Below, piece after piece: positions 1 to 12,617 of a stretch of DNA of 64,000 nt. Source of the stretch: Nymphaea colorata (Eukaryota). Within the stretch, counting starts at the first letter, position 1; each line of letters starts with the position of its first letter. The position numbers and the translations under genes were made by a program. Location: assembly GCF_008831285.2 (NCBI RefSeq), contig NC_045138.2, positions 22,444,001 through 22,508,000 on the forward strand, written 5' to 3'. The notes beneath the pieces were generated by a model. The model made no database searches. It had not been told where the DNA came from and worked only from the letters and a program-made list of their open reading frames with translations.

Positions 1-2639
1 AATGTTGCTTCTCAAATCAGTATACATAGATGCTACCTTTCCTTAAGGTTTGATCACACATAAGGTTTCTGCATCAAAGAAGTAAAAGGAAATGGACAAT
101 TTATCCTTTTTTTCATCGATTTGAAGCATTGCCTCCTTTAAATGCTAAAATGATTCAAAAACCAACTAGAGAGAAAATGGAGACGCAAAATTTGTTGTCA
201 TTGTGACAACCTAAAGATAATTATTGCCAATGAAGAAAGCATCAACCTACCACATGCAGTTTTTTCTGTTTAAAAAAACATTGGATATCCTTTATTCTCA
301 ATTTCAATTCGCATCTAGGACACCTGTATTGCAGATGCTCATATCCTAAACATTTAAAAATGTTCCTTGGTTTTAAAACCAAACTAGTAGTTCATTAATT
401 TTATGGGTCTTATTTATTTGATGCCAAATATGCAGGAAATTGTCAACAATTTGCTGCTTAACTCCATGTTCATACCTGTTTCTTATTGTGGGCGGGGTAT
501 AGAATAAGGTAAATTTAAAAAACAGGGTAAGTTTCAAGAAGTTCGCAATATTTCATGTGATTTTCAACAGCCTGTGCATTGACCTTGCACAACTCTTGCT
601 CTTTAGCCTTATAATTTTTCATAGCCTTTTGTTAATAGAATTCATTTTTAGCTTACAACTTTGCCTACATCTACTAGTAGGTTATGCGATTAAGATCCAT
701 TACTTTCACATCGTATAGCTGACATCAGAACCATGTAATTTGCGGTAGGTGATAAGGTGAACAGGTTTGCAGAAATAAAACCAGGTGTGAAAATAAACCT
801 GAAGTTTCAGCCATGAGAAAACAGCTGTTGAAGTAATATATTGTAATACTAGAAAAACATAGTAATATATATAAAGATATAGATATTATGATTATTTTCT
901 TCTGACCATATGGTATATATAGGGATATATAATTCTATTGACTTTCAATGACTGAGAGGGATGTCTTAATATACTGGCAGAAAGACTTTCAACGGGAAAG
1001 GATGAATTATGCTGAATAATATATAGGCCTCACATAGGGCCACAATGAGTACCAATACAAGTCAATTCAAGAAGTTTGTATAATTCGATTTCGATGACAG
1101 ACAATCCAACAATGGACGTTGGCCGCCCTCTCGCCCAAAATCCCCACAATGACTCGAGAGCTACCGCCGGAGCTGCCACCATTCGTCGTGGGAGCCTCCG
1201 CTGGAGAGGGGAGAAGAGAGAAGAGAGAAACAGAGAGAGAGAGAGCAATTTTATTCAAGCTTGTTGAATCTAGGACTGATACATTCAAGAAAATTTGGAC
1301 CTGCGAAAATGGTTCTCTGTGGAACCAAAATAGCATAGTCAGGTTGCATAAGTTGATAACATGTATAGAAAAATAGGACTGGAAGCACCTCTATCAGATT
1401 CTGACCTAGTGAGCATACAACTTGTGGCGTATTTTTGTCCATGACAACTGAAAATTAACAGTCAAATCCAGGTCAGATATTCAACAGAATTGATTCTTAG
1501 TTGTCCAATTAATAGTAGTACTGATTCTGTAAAAAGTTACCATAATATTTCCAAAAGTTGAATTCATGCCATATCTCAAATTCTGTGGCTTTGTCTCTAT
1601 CCATTTCGTTTAAACCGCTTAAACGCATAATACATAGTTTCTGAGATGCCTTTTTTGAGCTTTTAGTAGATCCCTCGTTATATTTATGCCCATTTGACTT
1701 GTGATTTGATTAAACTGTGAGTTGAGTTAGAGAACAAGATGAAATATTTTATGTGGCTGATAGCCTAATTGAACTGTGAGACTATTTCAACAAGGCATGA
1801 CTTTTCGAGTACCGAATCTCCATAAGAGATTGTTTTAATGCAAGCGATTGAAAAACTGAATCAAGGACGCAGACCAGTAATGAGGGGAGTTGCCATTAAG
1901 AATGCGATGGGTGGCGTAGGGTTTCGGAGCCAGCAATGACCACTTTAGGGTATTATTACATTCACAGATCTTCTTAGGGTTCTTCTGGTGTTGCTATCAA
2001 AGATAAAGAAGCGAAAAGGAAAGCTGTTATGCAGTAGTTATTTATTTGTTTAAGTTTTTAATGCTTGAACTGGGTGTGTTATTGGAGATGCATGTGCTGT
2101 GACAAACTTCAGCTTTTCTGTTCCTCTTCCCATGTGTGTAAATTTATAATAGCTTGTTTCTTCCATATTGATATTGATTTGCGACCATTTTCCTTGTTCA
2201 CCCAGAGACAGGGAGGCTGGGAGCTCATTCTACGTTGTTCTGTATTACAGCATAATACTTTTCAGTTCATCGCGTTAGATTCTCAGATCTAGACGCCTCT
2301 AGAAAGAGAAGCATAACATGCTTTTGCTCTCTATAGGAAAGTAACTCTAATCTGTTCTTTACAATTTCATTTCCGTTTTGGTGGATGCAATTACAAGTCT
2401 ATGTTATTATAACAAAGATGTACTGAAATAAGCTTACGAATGTAGAAGATTGAGGTCATCTCCTTTGCTAGTAAAAGGACACTTAAGTCTTATATGAATA
2501 AGTGGACGATGGAGCATGTATCAATGGGTGAATGGGGAAGGCTTTGTTTGGCAAAGAACCCATGTGGATGAAAGATGTGCAAAAAAAATAAACAAAGAAG
2601 TGAAACTAATAGTTCAAGGAGCTGAGATAAATGGTATTA

Positions 2640-2913
2640 TGAATGGCTGCGGTTACTGTTCCTAAAATTGATTAATGAGGTATTAGGAACAGCGGTGGCA
2701 ACAGGTCCTATATATGCATGTGCAGTGTAATTGAAAATTAACTTTTAAGCACATAAGAAAAACAGTTCCTAATAAGAACTGTCATGACCGTTCCTAACCG
2801 TAATTGGGAATGCCACTTCTAAGAGCACATTGGAAACGGCCACCTGACCGTCCCTAACTACTTTTGGGAGCGGTTTCTGGTGGTTTCTAAAAGTGCTATG
2901 TGTTGTTGTAATA
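2640..2913. mobile_element. CACTA element terminus relic
   Basis: Alternating subterminal repeats (TAGGAACAG / ACCGTTCCTAA / ACCGTCCCTAA) ending in TTGTTGTAATA, i.e. the canonical TTGTAGTG end with two G>A transitions. Confidence 0.55.
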
Positions 2914-3629
2914 AAGGGAAAATATGAAAAAAAAAAGGCCGCTTTCTAGCAAAATGGCATTGGGATATAACTGTTCCAAAAAATAATTCTCTTACCATAT
3001 AATGGGACAATATAATGCAAAAGTAGGAAGATCGATGATATCACTCATTTTTGTTTAAAAGCATTAAATCAATCAAAATCACCAAACAAGGAATGACAAT
3101 CATATAAGAACAGAACTAAATCAATTTAGAAAACATTGATAGCTTGATACAGGGATGTTGTATAAGAGAACTTCGACAAGCAATGGAAATAGCAAAATTG
3201 TTAAGGCTTGGCTTGAAACGCTCATTTTTTATGAAAACTTAGTTATCTGTCAACAAAGGGACAGAATGTCAAGCTTTTTGTCATCCAAATCCTGGATTAA
3301 AACTAGTGCTACCAAATCAAGTTAATACTTAATGACACCATTACTAAAGCACATTAGTGATCATGATCTGAATTAGTCATAAGAAGCACCAGTTCTAATT
3401 AAAAATCGATCCATGGTGGGGTTCTAGTACCATCAGCCTCGTACATCAACACCATGTCATTCACAAGCTGCATCTCGTTACTTAAAACTATAGCTACATT
3501 AATCATAAATAGAAATTTCATTACAGTCATGATGAGCAAAAGATGCAGTTAATGATAATGAGTCCAAGCATCCACAAACGAAAGATCTTCACTGATAAGT
3601 ATCCTCACACATAAGATCTTCACAAGACA

Positions 3630-3631
<2 letters not shown>

Positions 3632-3692
<61 letters not shown>
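3632..3692. repeat. (CT)n microsatellite
   Basis: About 30 uninterrupted dinucleotide units. Confidence 0.95.
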
Positions 3693-3696
<4 letters not shown>

Positions 3697-6169
3697 TCAA
3701 GGATGGTTGGAATGCAGCAGGTTGGTATGGTCTAAAGACAATACAGGAAGCATGACTTGTACGGCTATATAACGTCAAATGAACAGAAATGAAAGGCTAT
3801 ACGTTGAACCATAATAGCGATCACTCAATTTATATACTGCTAATTATTATATTTTTCACTTTAACGTATGCATGCATGTATTCTATTCTAAGCATTAAGA
3901 CAGAAAATATGGTGAACCTTAAAGTACAGTACTTTTATCTTCAATTAGTTCCAGGATGTTTTATTGGCAAAGGTACAAGAAAAAGTAGAACGTTGTCAAC
4001 AAAAAGGAACTTCTGGTTGGACTCCAATAAAATATAGATGAAAAACGAGCGAAAAAAATATCTTATGCAAAACACAAAATCAAAACCAAGAAAGGCTCTT
4101 ATTTGATGTATGCATACTTGAATTGCCGAAGAACTTTATTAAATTAACGAGAAACCAACCAAGTAAAACCATAAAAGTTGCACATCTAATATAATGAATC
4201 AATTTACATACAAGCAGCTAGCAATACTTTTGGAGGGGAGCTTCCTTGGAAAGCAAAACATCTTACTGGAGGAACTCAAATGGAACCATGTGTAGGCTAG
4301 TCAATATACTTTAGGGTGGAGACTACTAACTAATTGTTCATACATCATCACTTAGCAAGAGTTTGTGGCGGAACAATAAAGTAGAGAAAACAAATCCACC
4401 CGCTTTCATATGTCCATGACGTGCAAATAGTAATCTCTAACTGTAGCTAAGAAAACATAAGCTATGCGGTGTATTCACAGATGCAATCACGGAATTACAG
4501 GGCCTCCAATGGCGAGCTCTCTATTGTCGTTCACCTCTTTTTCTCCTTCGCAGTGCATCCAACGCAAGTCATAGTTCTTTGTCTCTTCTTCAAGCTTGTC
4601 ATTCATTGGTTTCCTTTACCTCGCCTCTTAATTTTCTTTTCTGTGGATATGCGCCTTCTTCTGTGGTTGTTGGTCTGGCTTATTCATTCAGTAATGAAAA
4701 AGAATCTGAGAAGACAATGAACTTTTGAGTTGTCTTGGCTGCTGTGTGCTTGCAAAGTGTTTTTTCTTTTTCGTTTGTCTTTTTAATGCAATGAACTTTT
4801 GAGTGAGTCATAGTGTTTGTGTGCATCCACAAGTAGTATATCGTGATATTATGGTTTGATGTGATCTATAGATGAGTAGTTAAATGGGTTGATGTTGGCC
4901 TTTTATACTACTGTCACTACACTCTTTTATTGTAGCATAAATGGCCTCTAGAAGTGGGATATGATATATATAATCAAGAGGGTGCTTTTGGTTTATTTAA
5001 TTATATCAGACATTGGATGGAACAAATGGAATAGACAAGTATGTCTTACCACTAGCAAACACTGGCCAAGATTGACACAATGTGTCCTATCAGTAGCAAG
5101 GTAGACAATGTCCTTTCACATTGACAGGTTTGCTTCAATCTCAATAAATTTTATCTTAGTTTTGATTTGTGAATTATGCATTATATACCCCATACCTATT
5201 TTTTCCGACAATGTCGTTCTGAACCCATGCCGCTATACCTGCACCCATGTTCTTTTGTTCAATAAGATTCCCATGTTTCGTTTGCCCACACTGCTCCTAA
5301 AACAACAATACCTACATTTTATAGGATGCCGACCTAATGACTCAATTTATTACTCCAATGATCCAATCATTTGGTCAATCAATATTTTTGGTTCGTCCTA
5401 GTTTACTCATTTGCTTGCTCATCAAGGTTTAGGTGATCGCCTCTAAGAGGTAACAGGGACAACGAGTCTACTGCCATAGACTCCAAAGAAACATTGAGGA
5501 AGAACTGAATGCAGGATTATAGATACAATTTTATATCCATATCCACTTCAGAACCAAAGCCACACCCTGTCAAGGAATAAATCTGACCAAGTAAAAGTAG
5601 ATGGGACCATTTTTCTATTGAAAATAATTATCAGATCAGATTCTGATCCCCCATACCTTTAGTACTTTAAGAAATTCATTCCTATATGTACCCATGGTTC
5701 ACAACTTGCCACTCTATGGACTTGTACTTGAAGTTTATCTGAACATGATCTAAATTTTTTTTCTTTTACCAACAGACACTCGTGGAAATTCATTAGAAAT
5801 AGATGACACCAATTGATACATCGAAAATTGAAGGAGTTGCAGGAGAAAACGGGAATCGATGTAACAGCGACAATAAGGCCTGGCTTGCCAGTGTGTGAAG
5901 GATGAGCTTCAAAAGAGTTTTTGACATGTTTTTCCCAGTACCAGAATCCAAATCCAAATCCAAATTTGAGTTTATACTAAATCCAGACCAGAAACTGATT
6001 ATACAAAACTAACTACAACAGACGTCCTCAACAGTAAACAAGGTTTCCCCACCCCAGTGTGATTTCATCGTCTTACTAAAAAGTGTAGGGGAAGAAAATA
6101 TAGAAAAGGACGGAGTAGTCGCTACCCATCATCGCTGAGAAGAGCACCAGCGGACAAGTCCCTCTCCAG

Positions 6170-6770
6170 AACCACGACGGGCCCCACGCACCCCTCAATA
6201 ATAAGTCCATATGCCCCACAGCACATTCACTTCGGTGTTCTTTTTAGCTACTAATAGCGGCCGTCCACGCGTCGACCCAAGACGGCCACCGACGCGTACT
6301 CCTCCTTCCCACCGCGGGGCCCGCCGCGACTCCGCTTGGAACGGGAGGCCCAACGGCGACGAACAAACACTCATTCTCGCCCCGCCACTGCCGCGGACCT
6401 TAGATTTGACACGGCAGAACAACGAGCAAATCGTGGTCAAACACGGACAACCCCCAATGACCTCCCCCACCATCGAGGGCGTTTCTCGTCATTCTCCCTC
6501 TTTAGCCGTACGGCGGCGGGTTCACCAGTGCTTAACCATGGTTAGGGAGCGCGCGGACAGGAGGAGACTTGACCTCTCCGGTCCGACGCTGGAAAAGTGG
6601 AGACGGGTCCCGCTGGAGTCAGGCGGGGCCACCTGCCCCCACCAAAGCTGCCGCATCGACGTGAGAGAAACGAAGACCGCGGGAGCTTCTCGCGGTAAAA
6701 TGCCTCGCGTCTTCTTTCATCACACCCACCCAGGGCCGCTAGCAGAAAGAGAAACGCAGTACAGACCTGA
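6170..6770. promoter_or_regulatory. GC/CpG-rich non-coding island downstream of the SPL gene, candidate cis-regulatory module
   Basis: CpG-rich; contains CGTAC, CCGTACGG and GGGCCCCAC, plus motifs shared with the 20740-21370 island. Function is inferred. Confidence 0.4.
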
Positions 6771-7356
6771 GCACAGGAATAAAAGGTCAAATGAAACTCC
6801 GGCTGTTTTCCCCTTTCCTTGAAATGCCAGACTTGACATCATCCTTTTTTCTATACCATTACACCCCCACTACACATAATAATTATAGAATTATATCATA
6901 TATTCTGATTTTACAATGACAACAAATTTGAAAAGGAAAAAAAAAAAAAAGGAAAAGGGTCAGGCCACCATTATCAAACTCACAGAATTAGCAAAGACAG
7001 CAAGGAGGGCAGATCACTTTCCATCACTTATCCCGCACTCTCTCCTCTCTTCCTCTGAAGCTTCCCTTCGAAGAAGACAGTGTTCCCGCGCTGATTCCGG
7101 TCTTCCCGCTGTGAAAATGCCTCGAAAGCAAAAATGCTGAGACGGAGAGAACCTCCGGTGCTTATGACAATTTTCCAGCATTAAGAAATGACTCGGCTGA
7201 AAGATATACCAAGTAATTAAATCACAAGCAGCGGCTTTCCTAGCCCTTTTATCTTCAAGCCATTTCTGAGTCCTTTTCACTATTATGCGTCGAATGGATA
7301 CGCACAGGAGGGGATTTTCCTCCGGGGAACCCGCCCTTAAAGTTCCTCGATTGTGG

Positions 7357-10300
7357 TCACAGCCAACCATATGAAATGTTCTCCCACATAAAGGGAGCAA
7401 CCTTCCCCAGCTGCGGGCGGCCCCTGCAAAGAATGCAGACACAGACGCAGACGGCCGCGATGGCAAGCACCGAGTTGATGTACGGCCGGTAAAGCAGGCC
7501 CCTTCCAGCGGGCAATCGACCTGGCCTTCTCGAGGCAGCGATCGCACAGCTTGTACAGGCTTTCTGCTGAACGGGCAACTGTTTTGGCTTCTCGGAGCTG
7601 GCTATAATCCAGGATTCATCCATTCGTGTAGAAGCCTCCGTGGGTTCAACAGTGATGGAAACTTGCCCACTTGCCCTATCCACTAGTTTCCGATGAACTA
7701 GGCTGTTGTAAGAGTGGTGGCTCTTCAACAGCGCGTAGCCATGAGGAGAAGTCCCACTTGCATCTAGTGCCGAAGTCCAGGCCTTCAGCCCAATCTGTCA
7801 CAAGATAGACAGATAAAAAAAAACGTAAGATAACGAACTCCCAAAAACCTTCACAAGGAGAATCCATTAGGTGTTGCAACAACATTAACACAGTATTCCA
7901 TAAATTTATCTCAAAAATTAACGCAAATTTGTGGAACACTAGAATGCACCCCAATCATTGGGAAATTAATAGACTCGTGTTCCTACAGCCAAACGGTCCC
8001 TTAGAAATATGATCCTTACCTCTTGTGGATCGTTTGTCAAAGCATCAATTAAATCTTCGGATCCTCGTGCACAAGCTGCTAGATGCAGAGGAGTGATGCC
8101 GCCAACGCCAACTGAGTTGGGAGTGAAAAGATAGTCCGTCGAAGAACTGGAGTTTTTACTGCAGCCACGATATTGGAGAAGCAAATTGACCATCTTGACG
8201 CATCTTCTATTCACAGCGCGGTTTAGCAAATGAATTTCTGATAAGATTTCCATCACCTCTTCCCTTTCCAAATTTCTCTCCATAAGAATATCGAGGAGGT
8301 TCTTGACTAATGCAATCCAATCCCTCTCAACGGAGAAAACAAAAAGATGCTTGAAGCGCTCACACGAAAAATCATTTCCACTGGACCCTTTGTGGTAGCT
8401 TCTTCTCTGAAATAGCCATCCAAGCTCATTGAGAAAGTGGACAATATCCTCCCTAGAGCTGGACGGTCCACTATCCTGCACTCGATCATCTGAGATCACA
8501 GTTGATTTCCTCAAACCCTGCTCTAACTCAGCTTCCAAGCTTCTCAGCTCCATACATATGTCTGCATCCGCAACTATAATTGGGAAGCTGTTCCCTTTGA
8601 ACCCATTCTCAACCTGCACATTCACATCCACAATAGAATATCGTTCAGAACAGTTGGAGTACAAACACAATTGTTAAAAAGATTGCACGGCAATAATCAT
8701 GAGAGCAACTTACCTCAAGAAAGAATCGGCCCCATAACATAGATGCTCCACAAGGAATGCTAAAACTTACAGAACTTATTAGCTCATCCAAGGCAATGGA
8801 AGGATTTTCAGAAACTTCTTCAGAAGCATAACCTCCCATGTACGTGCAGTGAATCCTACAGATATTTCACTTGAACTTAAGGACTAGAAAAATAGCTTAC
8901 ATTTGCGAATAAGGGTTGGGAAACCAAAAGTTCACTTACCTGGTACCGGTAAACCTCAAGTTTCGACCTATCAAGTTAATCGCAGTCTCCTGCCCACCCA
9001 CCACTGCTAATGGAGATGCATAGATTAGTTCAGGAGCTTGCCGTTCTTTCCATGACTTGGAGATCCTGATTTTCCCTGAGAAACCACAAATGCAATAAAT
9101 ATGCGAAAAAGCACTGCCATTCACGTGAACTCAATACTTCTGCAATAGAATTTGTGCACACCATGCATATGAGATGCCAACTCGCCATCCATGTGGACAA
9201 GGAATCGACCACTTCTCCAAAACTCCGAGGCAGTATTGTGGACAAGTGATGTGACACGCTTCCGAAAGTCTTCCCGAAGCTGCAACCAGGATAGTCCACT
9301 TTTTAAGGTGGGTGGGGGTAAGGAGCAGCAAGAAATTTCCAAGTAAAAGCCAGTACTTTTATTAGAAACTAACAGGAAAATGAAGCAGACCTTTTCCCAA
9401 GCAAGGCAAGGCATTGATACATATACAGCGAGTACTACACAACCTGGCCTTATATAGCTTTCCATATCTGATGGACTGTGATCAAGCCAATCCAATATCT
9501 GAAGAGGGTGATAAGATATTCAGTATATATGAGAATAGTCTCAGTTACAACTTACAACAACCTGTTTTTGAAGGAATTTACCTGTAGCCGAAGTGCTGGA
9601 GGGAAGTCGCTGGGATCCTTGTCAAAGAGCTTGAAGATTATGCGCCCAGTCCGATCCTATAATAGACAAACAGACACCAAATCCTAACTGAAGCACATAT
9701 TTAAAAAAAATACAATCGGTTTAGTGAATTTTGTGAACCTTACCCGTGCATCGGAATTTGAACTAGATGGAGAATGGTCAGAACCAGATGACGATGTGTA
9801 GCCTGCTCTTCTGACAGGTGATGCTGACTCCTGAAACCTTTGAGGTAAACCAGGCAGAACGCCATTTTCAGTTCTTCCATTTGCACCTTTCAAGAGATTT
9901 AAAGGAAAGCCCCATTTGTTACCATGAGCAGTCTCTACAACGGAGCAATTATCCATAAGAGATGAAACTCTTTCTGTCTTTTTCATTTCCTCTGCAGAAT
10001 GCAACGGAAACAGCTTTTGCACTACAGGAGAAGATGAAGGGGACCTCTCCTCTGTCGGATTACTGCTATCAGAAGAGAAATACTTTCTACCTGAATCCAT
10101 TCTTGATGAACTATCCTCTTCTGGAGAAGACATAAATAGCTGCAGTGGTATACTTGGTCGAGAAGGTCGGACAGGGTGCTTTGAGACATCAGGTGAAAGA
10201 AATGACTTGCTTGACTCAAATTCACAGGAAGGATGCAGCGTGCCAGTATTGGACTGTATTCTGGAACCATCCACCTGATCCTTAAAGCTAGCATTCATAG

Positions 10301-11887
10301 AGTGCTGTTCCTTCTGACCCTTTTCTTCATCACACTGATTCTTCGTGACATTTGATGGAAGTCGGGTTCCTGCAGATGATGCTGCTAGTGCAGCAGAAAT
10401 AACTGCAAGAAAATCCGAGGAAGCTGCAGCTTGATTCTCACTAGATTTTGCTAAATGCTCTGAAGAATGTGGCATCTGTTTAACATTTAGATCCATGTTT
10501 CCTGGCAAAGGAAATCTGCCACTGATGTTTTCGGGAAGTGGCATTGAGTTTATTTTACCAAGAATCTGAAGAAGATGGTTGTCTTTGTCAGGTAGTGGCA
10601 GGCCATTGTTACTTTTATCCGCATTACTTCCTAAGAGGAGAAAATTGTTTGTCATCAAATAATATCATAACATATGAACTGCTAAGTCACAAAAATATGC
10701 AAACGTATAGCAGACCAAGAAAGAACCACTCTTCAAATGCCAGAGCATAGTTGATTGCTGCTTTCTGGGATTGACAAAAAATACTCGACTATCTCCACTC
10801 TCCTTTAGGTTGAAAGGACTCATCACAGTAACAGATATTCATCGACACGCATGCAAGCACAGATGAAATGCTAAAACATTTAGTTATTATAGAATATGAT
10901 GACTTAGGCAGTGATTCAGAGCAAGTTACACGACAAAATGATGAGCCAAGTTAATGGACGCATGCAGGAGAAAATAGACTAGGTCAAGAAGAACCTTTAT
11001 GTACCTTGCAAACGAGCCAAAACAGTCAGCAAATTAACAAGGTCCAAGTTCCCAGCCGTAGCATTTTCCTTCCCTCCAGACAGCAGCAGACGTGAAGATG
11101 CATCTTCTGGCTGAGTCTTTCTTCTACGCCTGTTATGTCCTGCAAGCCTCCGCCTGCAGCTTCTCTTCCCTTCATCGAATTCCAGAAGGGGATGAAACCT
11201 GCATGGACAAGCAAATGAACCTTCCTGAGAGACAAAACTAGAAACTAAGAAGCCAGAAATGCTATAGCATCAGTTACATCAATTTTACCTGCTACATTGT
11301 TGGCAGAATCTCTGCATTTGTTTGCCGACCAATGCTTTAGTGGTTTTACTATGGACCTCACAGACCTTGTGACGCCGATGATAATCTTTAGCATTTGATA
11401 AATCTGCTTTGCAATCATCCACTTGGCACATCGGATAGCTGCCGTTTGGTGAACCAGAACGGACGCGCTTGTTTGGCCTCACTGCAGCATCATCCACCAT
11501 AGAGTATGAACCACCTCCAAGCTTCAGTGTTAGGCCTTCTGCATCATCATCCTCAGTGTTATTCTTCAAATCTGGTGGCTTGAGGCTTTCCTTGCCTCTT
11601 CCCTTGTCAGGAAATTCAACCTCAGAAACAGCACTTTGCTGCTCATTTGCTACAGGTTTTGCAACACACATGAGACTGTCCCAACCCCAGGCCTTTGGAT
11701 TCCAATTTGCCGATGGTCCTCGGTAATCAACAACGTTCAAAGGAAGAGGTGTCGATTGGTGGCAAACAGTGTTAGCCCAAGGCAAATCACGCTTCTTGGC
11801 CATAGCAGCCGGCTCACAGAATCGTGTTGGAACTGCCTGGTGAATGAACAAAGGACCAGCAACTTGCGGGCCTAACTCCCTTTCCAT
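7357..11887 (-). CDS. SPL14: SQUAMOSA promoter-binding-like protein, SPL14/SPL16 (OsSPL15)-like: SBP domain, ankyrin repeat, C-terminal hydrophobic helix; ~1096 aa, 10 coding exons
   Basis: Exons (all introns GT-AG, total 3291 nt, in frame): 11289-11887, 11005-11198, 9744-10630, 9582-9656, 9391-9498, 9162-9279, 8940-9075, 8714-8855, 8020-8613, 7357-7794. SBP domain [28 protein letters not shown]...[34 protein letters not shown]. Clade motifs [41 protein letters not shown]. Ankyrin-type ITPLHLAA and C-terminal [19 protein letters not shown]. Exact orthologue (SPL14 vs SPL16) is inference. Confidence 0.95.
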
Positions 11888-11942
11888 TTTCCAAGCCGCA
11901 GTAAAAAGTCACGCCTAATTCAACCCGACGCTGCACCAAAAT

Positions 11943-12617
11943 CTGAGGGGAAAAGAAAAACAACAAACCCAAGCATCTCAGAATCAACATCAGCTTGTGA
12001 TTCTCCTCTCTACAAGATTTAGCATCTTAAAGTCATAAATCACTGATTCTTACCTATAGAAGATTCAATCTAACCAAAAACCTACGGACGAACAGAAAGG
12101 CAAGAAATTTTCCATGACATAAGGGGGAGCGATTTGCTGTCCCTATACATGATCATTGTTGATGATCCACCTAATTGGATCCGTAATATAATATTCTTCG
12201 TTGCTGAACAAAATTCAAAAGAAGAAGTAACAAGAGTCCCAAAAGTGAAAATATTCAGTCACAATTCACTATTTTACTTCCCCCTGTCTACAGGTAACGA
12301 GAATAATCAAGAACGTTCTTAACAGAAGAAAACATTCCAGAGGTCGCAGATCTCACAGTTAATTTAAGGTCTAGCTACTGTGCTATAAACATGTGGATTT
12401 AAAAATAAAAAAGGGCAAATCACCAGCAGTCCAAGAAGAAGACGAAGAATAAGAAGAAGACAGCAAAAAAGGCACGAGAATGAAGTTTTTCCAACTGAAC
12501 GCATTCCTATCATTACTTTCAGAAAAGATGCACGCAAAAAACTAAGCAATTTGACGAGAAAGGACCAAATTCTAACGTCCATGGGGCTGGTCATCAACGA
12601 ATTTGCGCTGCGCTTAC
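11943..12617 (-). other. Probable 5'-UTR intron of the SPL gene
   Basis: Minus-strand donor GAG|GTAAGC at 12617, and a pyrimidine tract plus CAG acceptor (TTTTTCTTTTCCCCTCAG) ending at 11943, 55 nt before the ATG. A CT-rich leader lies upstream (~12950-13000). Confidence 0.65.

Noticed and set aside
1030..1450. Overlapping short ORFs near a GA-rich tract (possible gene start)
   Set aside because: No recognisable domain or consistent downstream exons within the window.
5050..5420. Possible Ty3/gypsy gag relic (minus strand, LLRLKQT-like motif)
   Set aside because: A single short motif amid many stops; cannot be supported without a profile search.
6211..6822. 203-aa plus-strand ORF
   Set aside because: Arg/Pro-rich, no recognisable domain; an expected by-product of a GC-rich island with few stop codons.
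7014..7547. 177-aa ORF overlapping the last SPL exon
   Set aside because: Alternative frame of the SPL terminal exon plus 3' UTR; no homology or splice support.
7357..11887. miR156 target site in the SPL gene
   Set aside because: I did not find GTGCTCTCTCTCTTCTGTCA or a close variant; absence is normal for the SPL1/12/14/16 clade.
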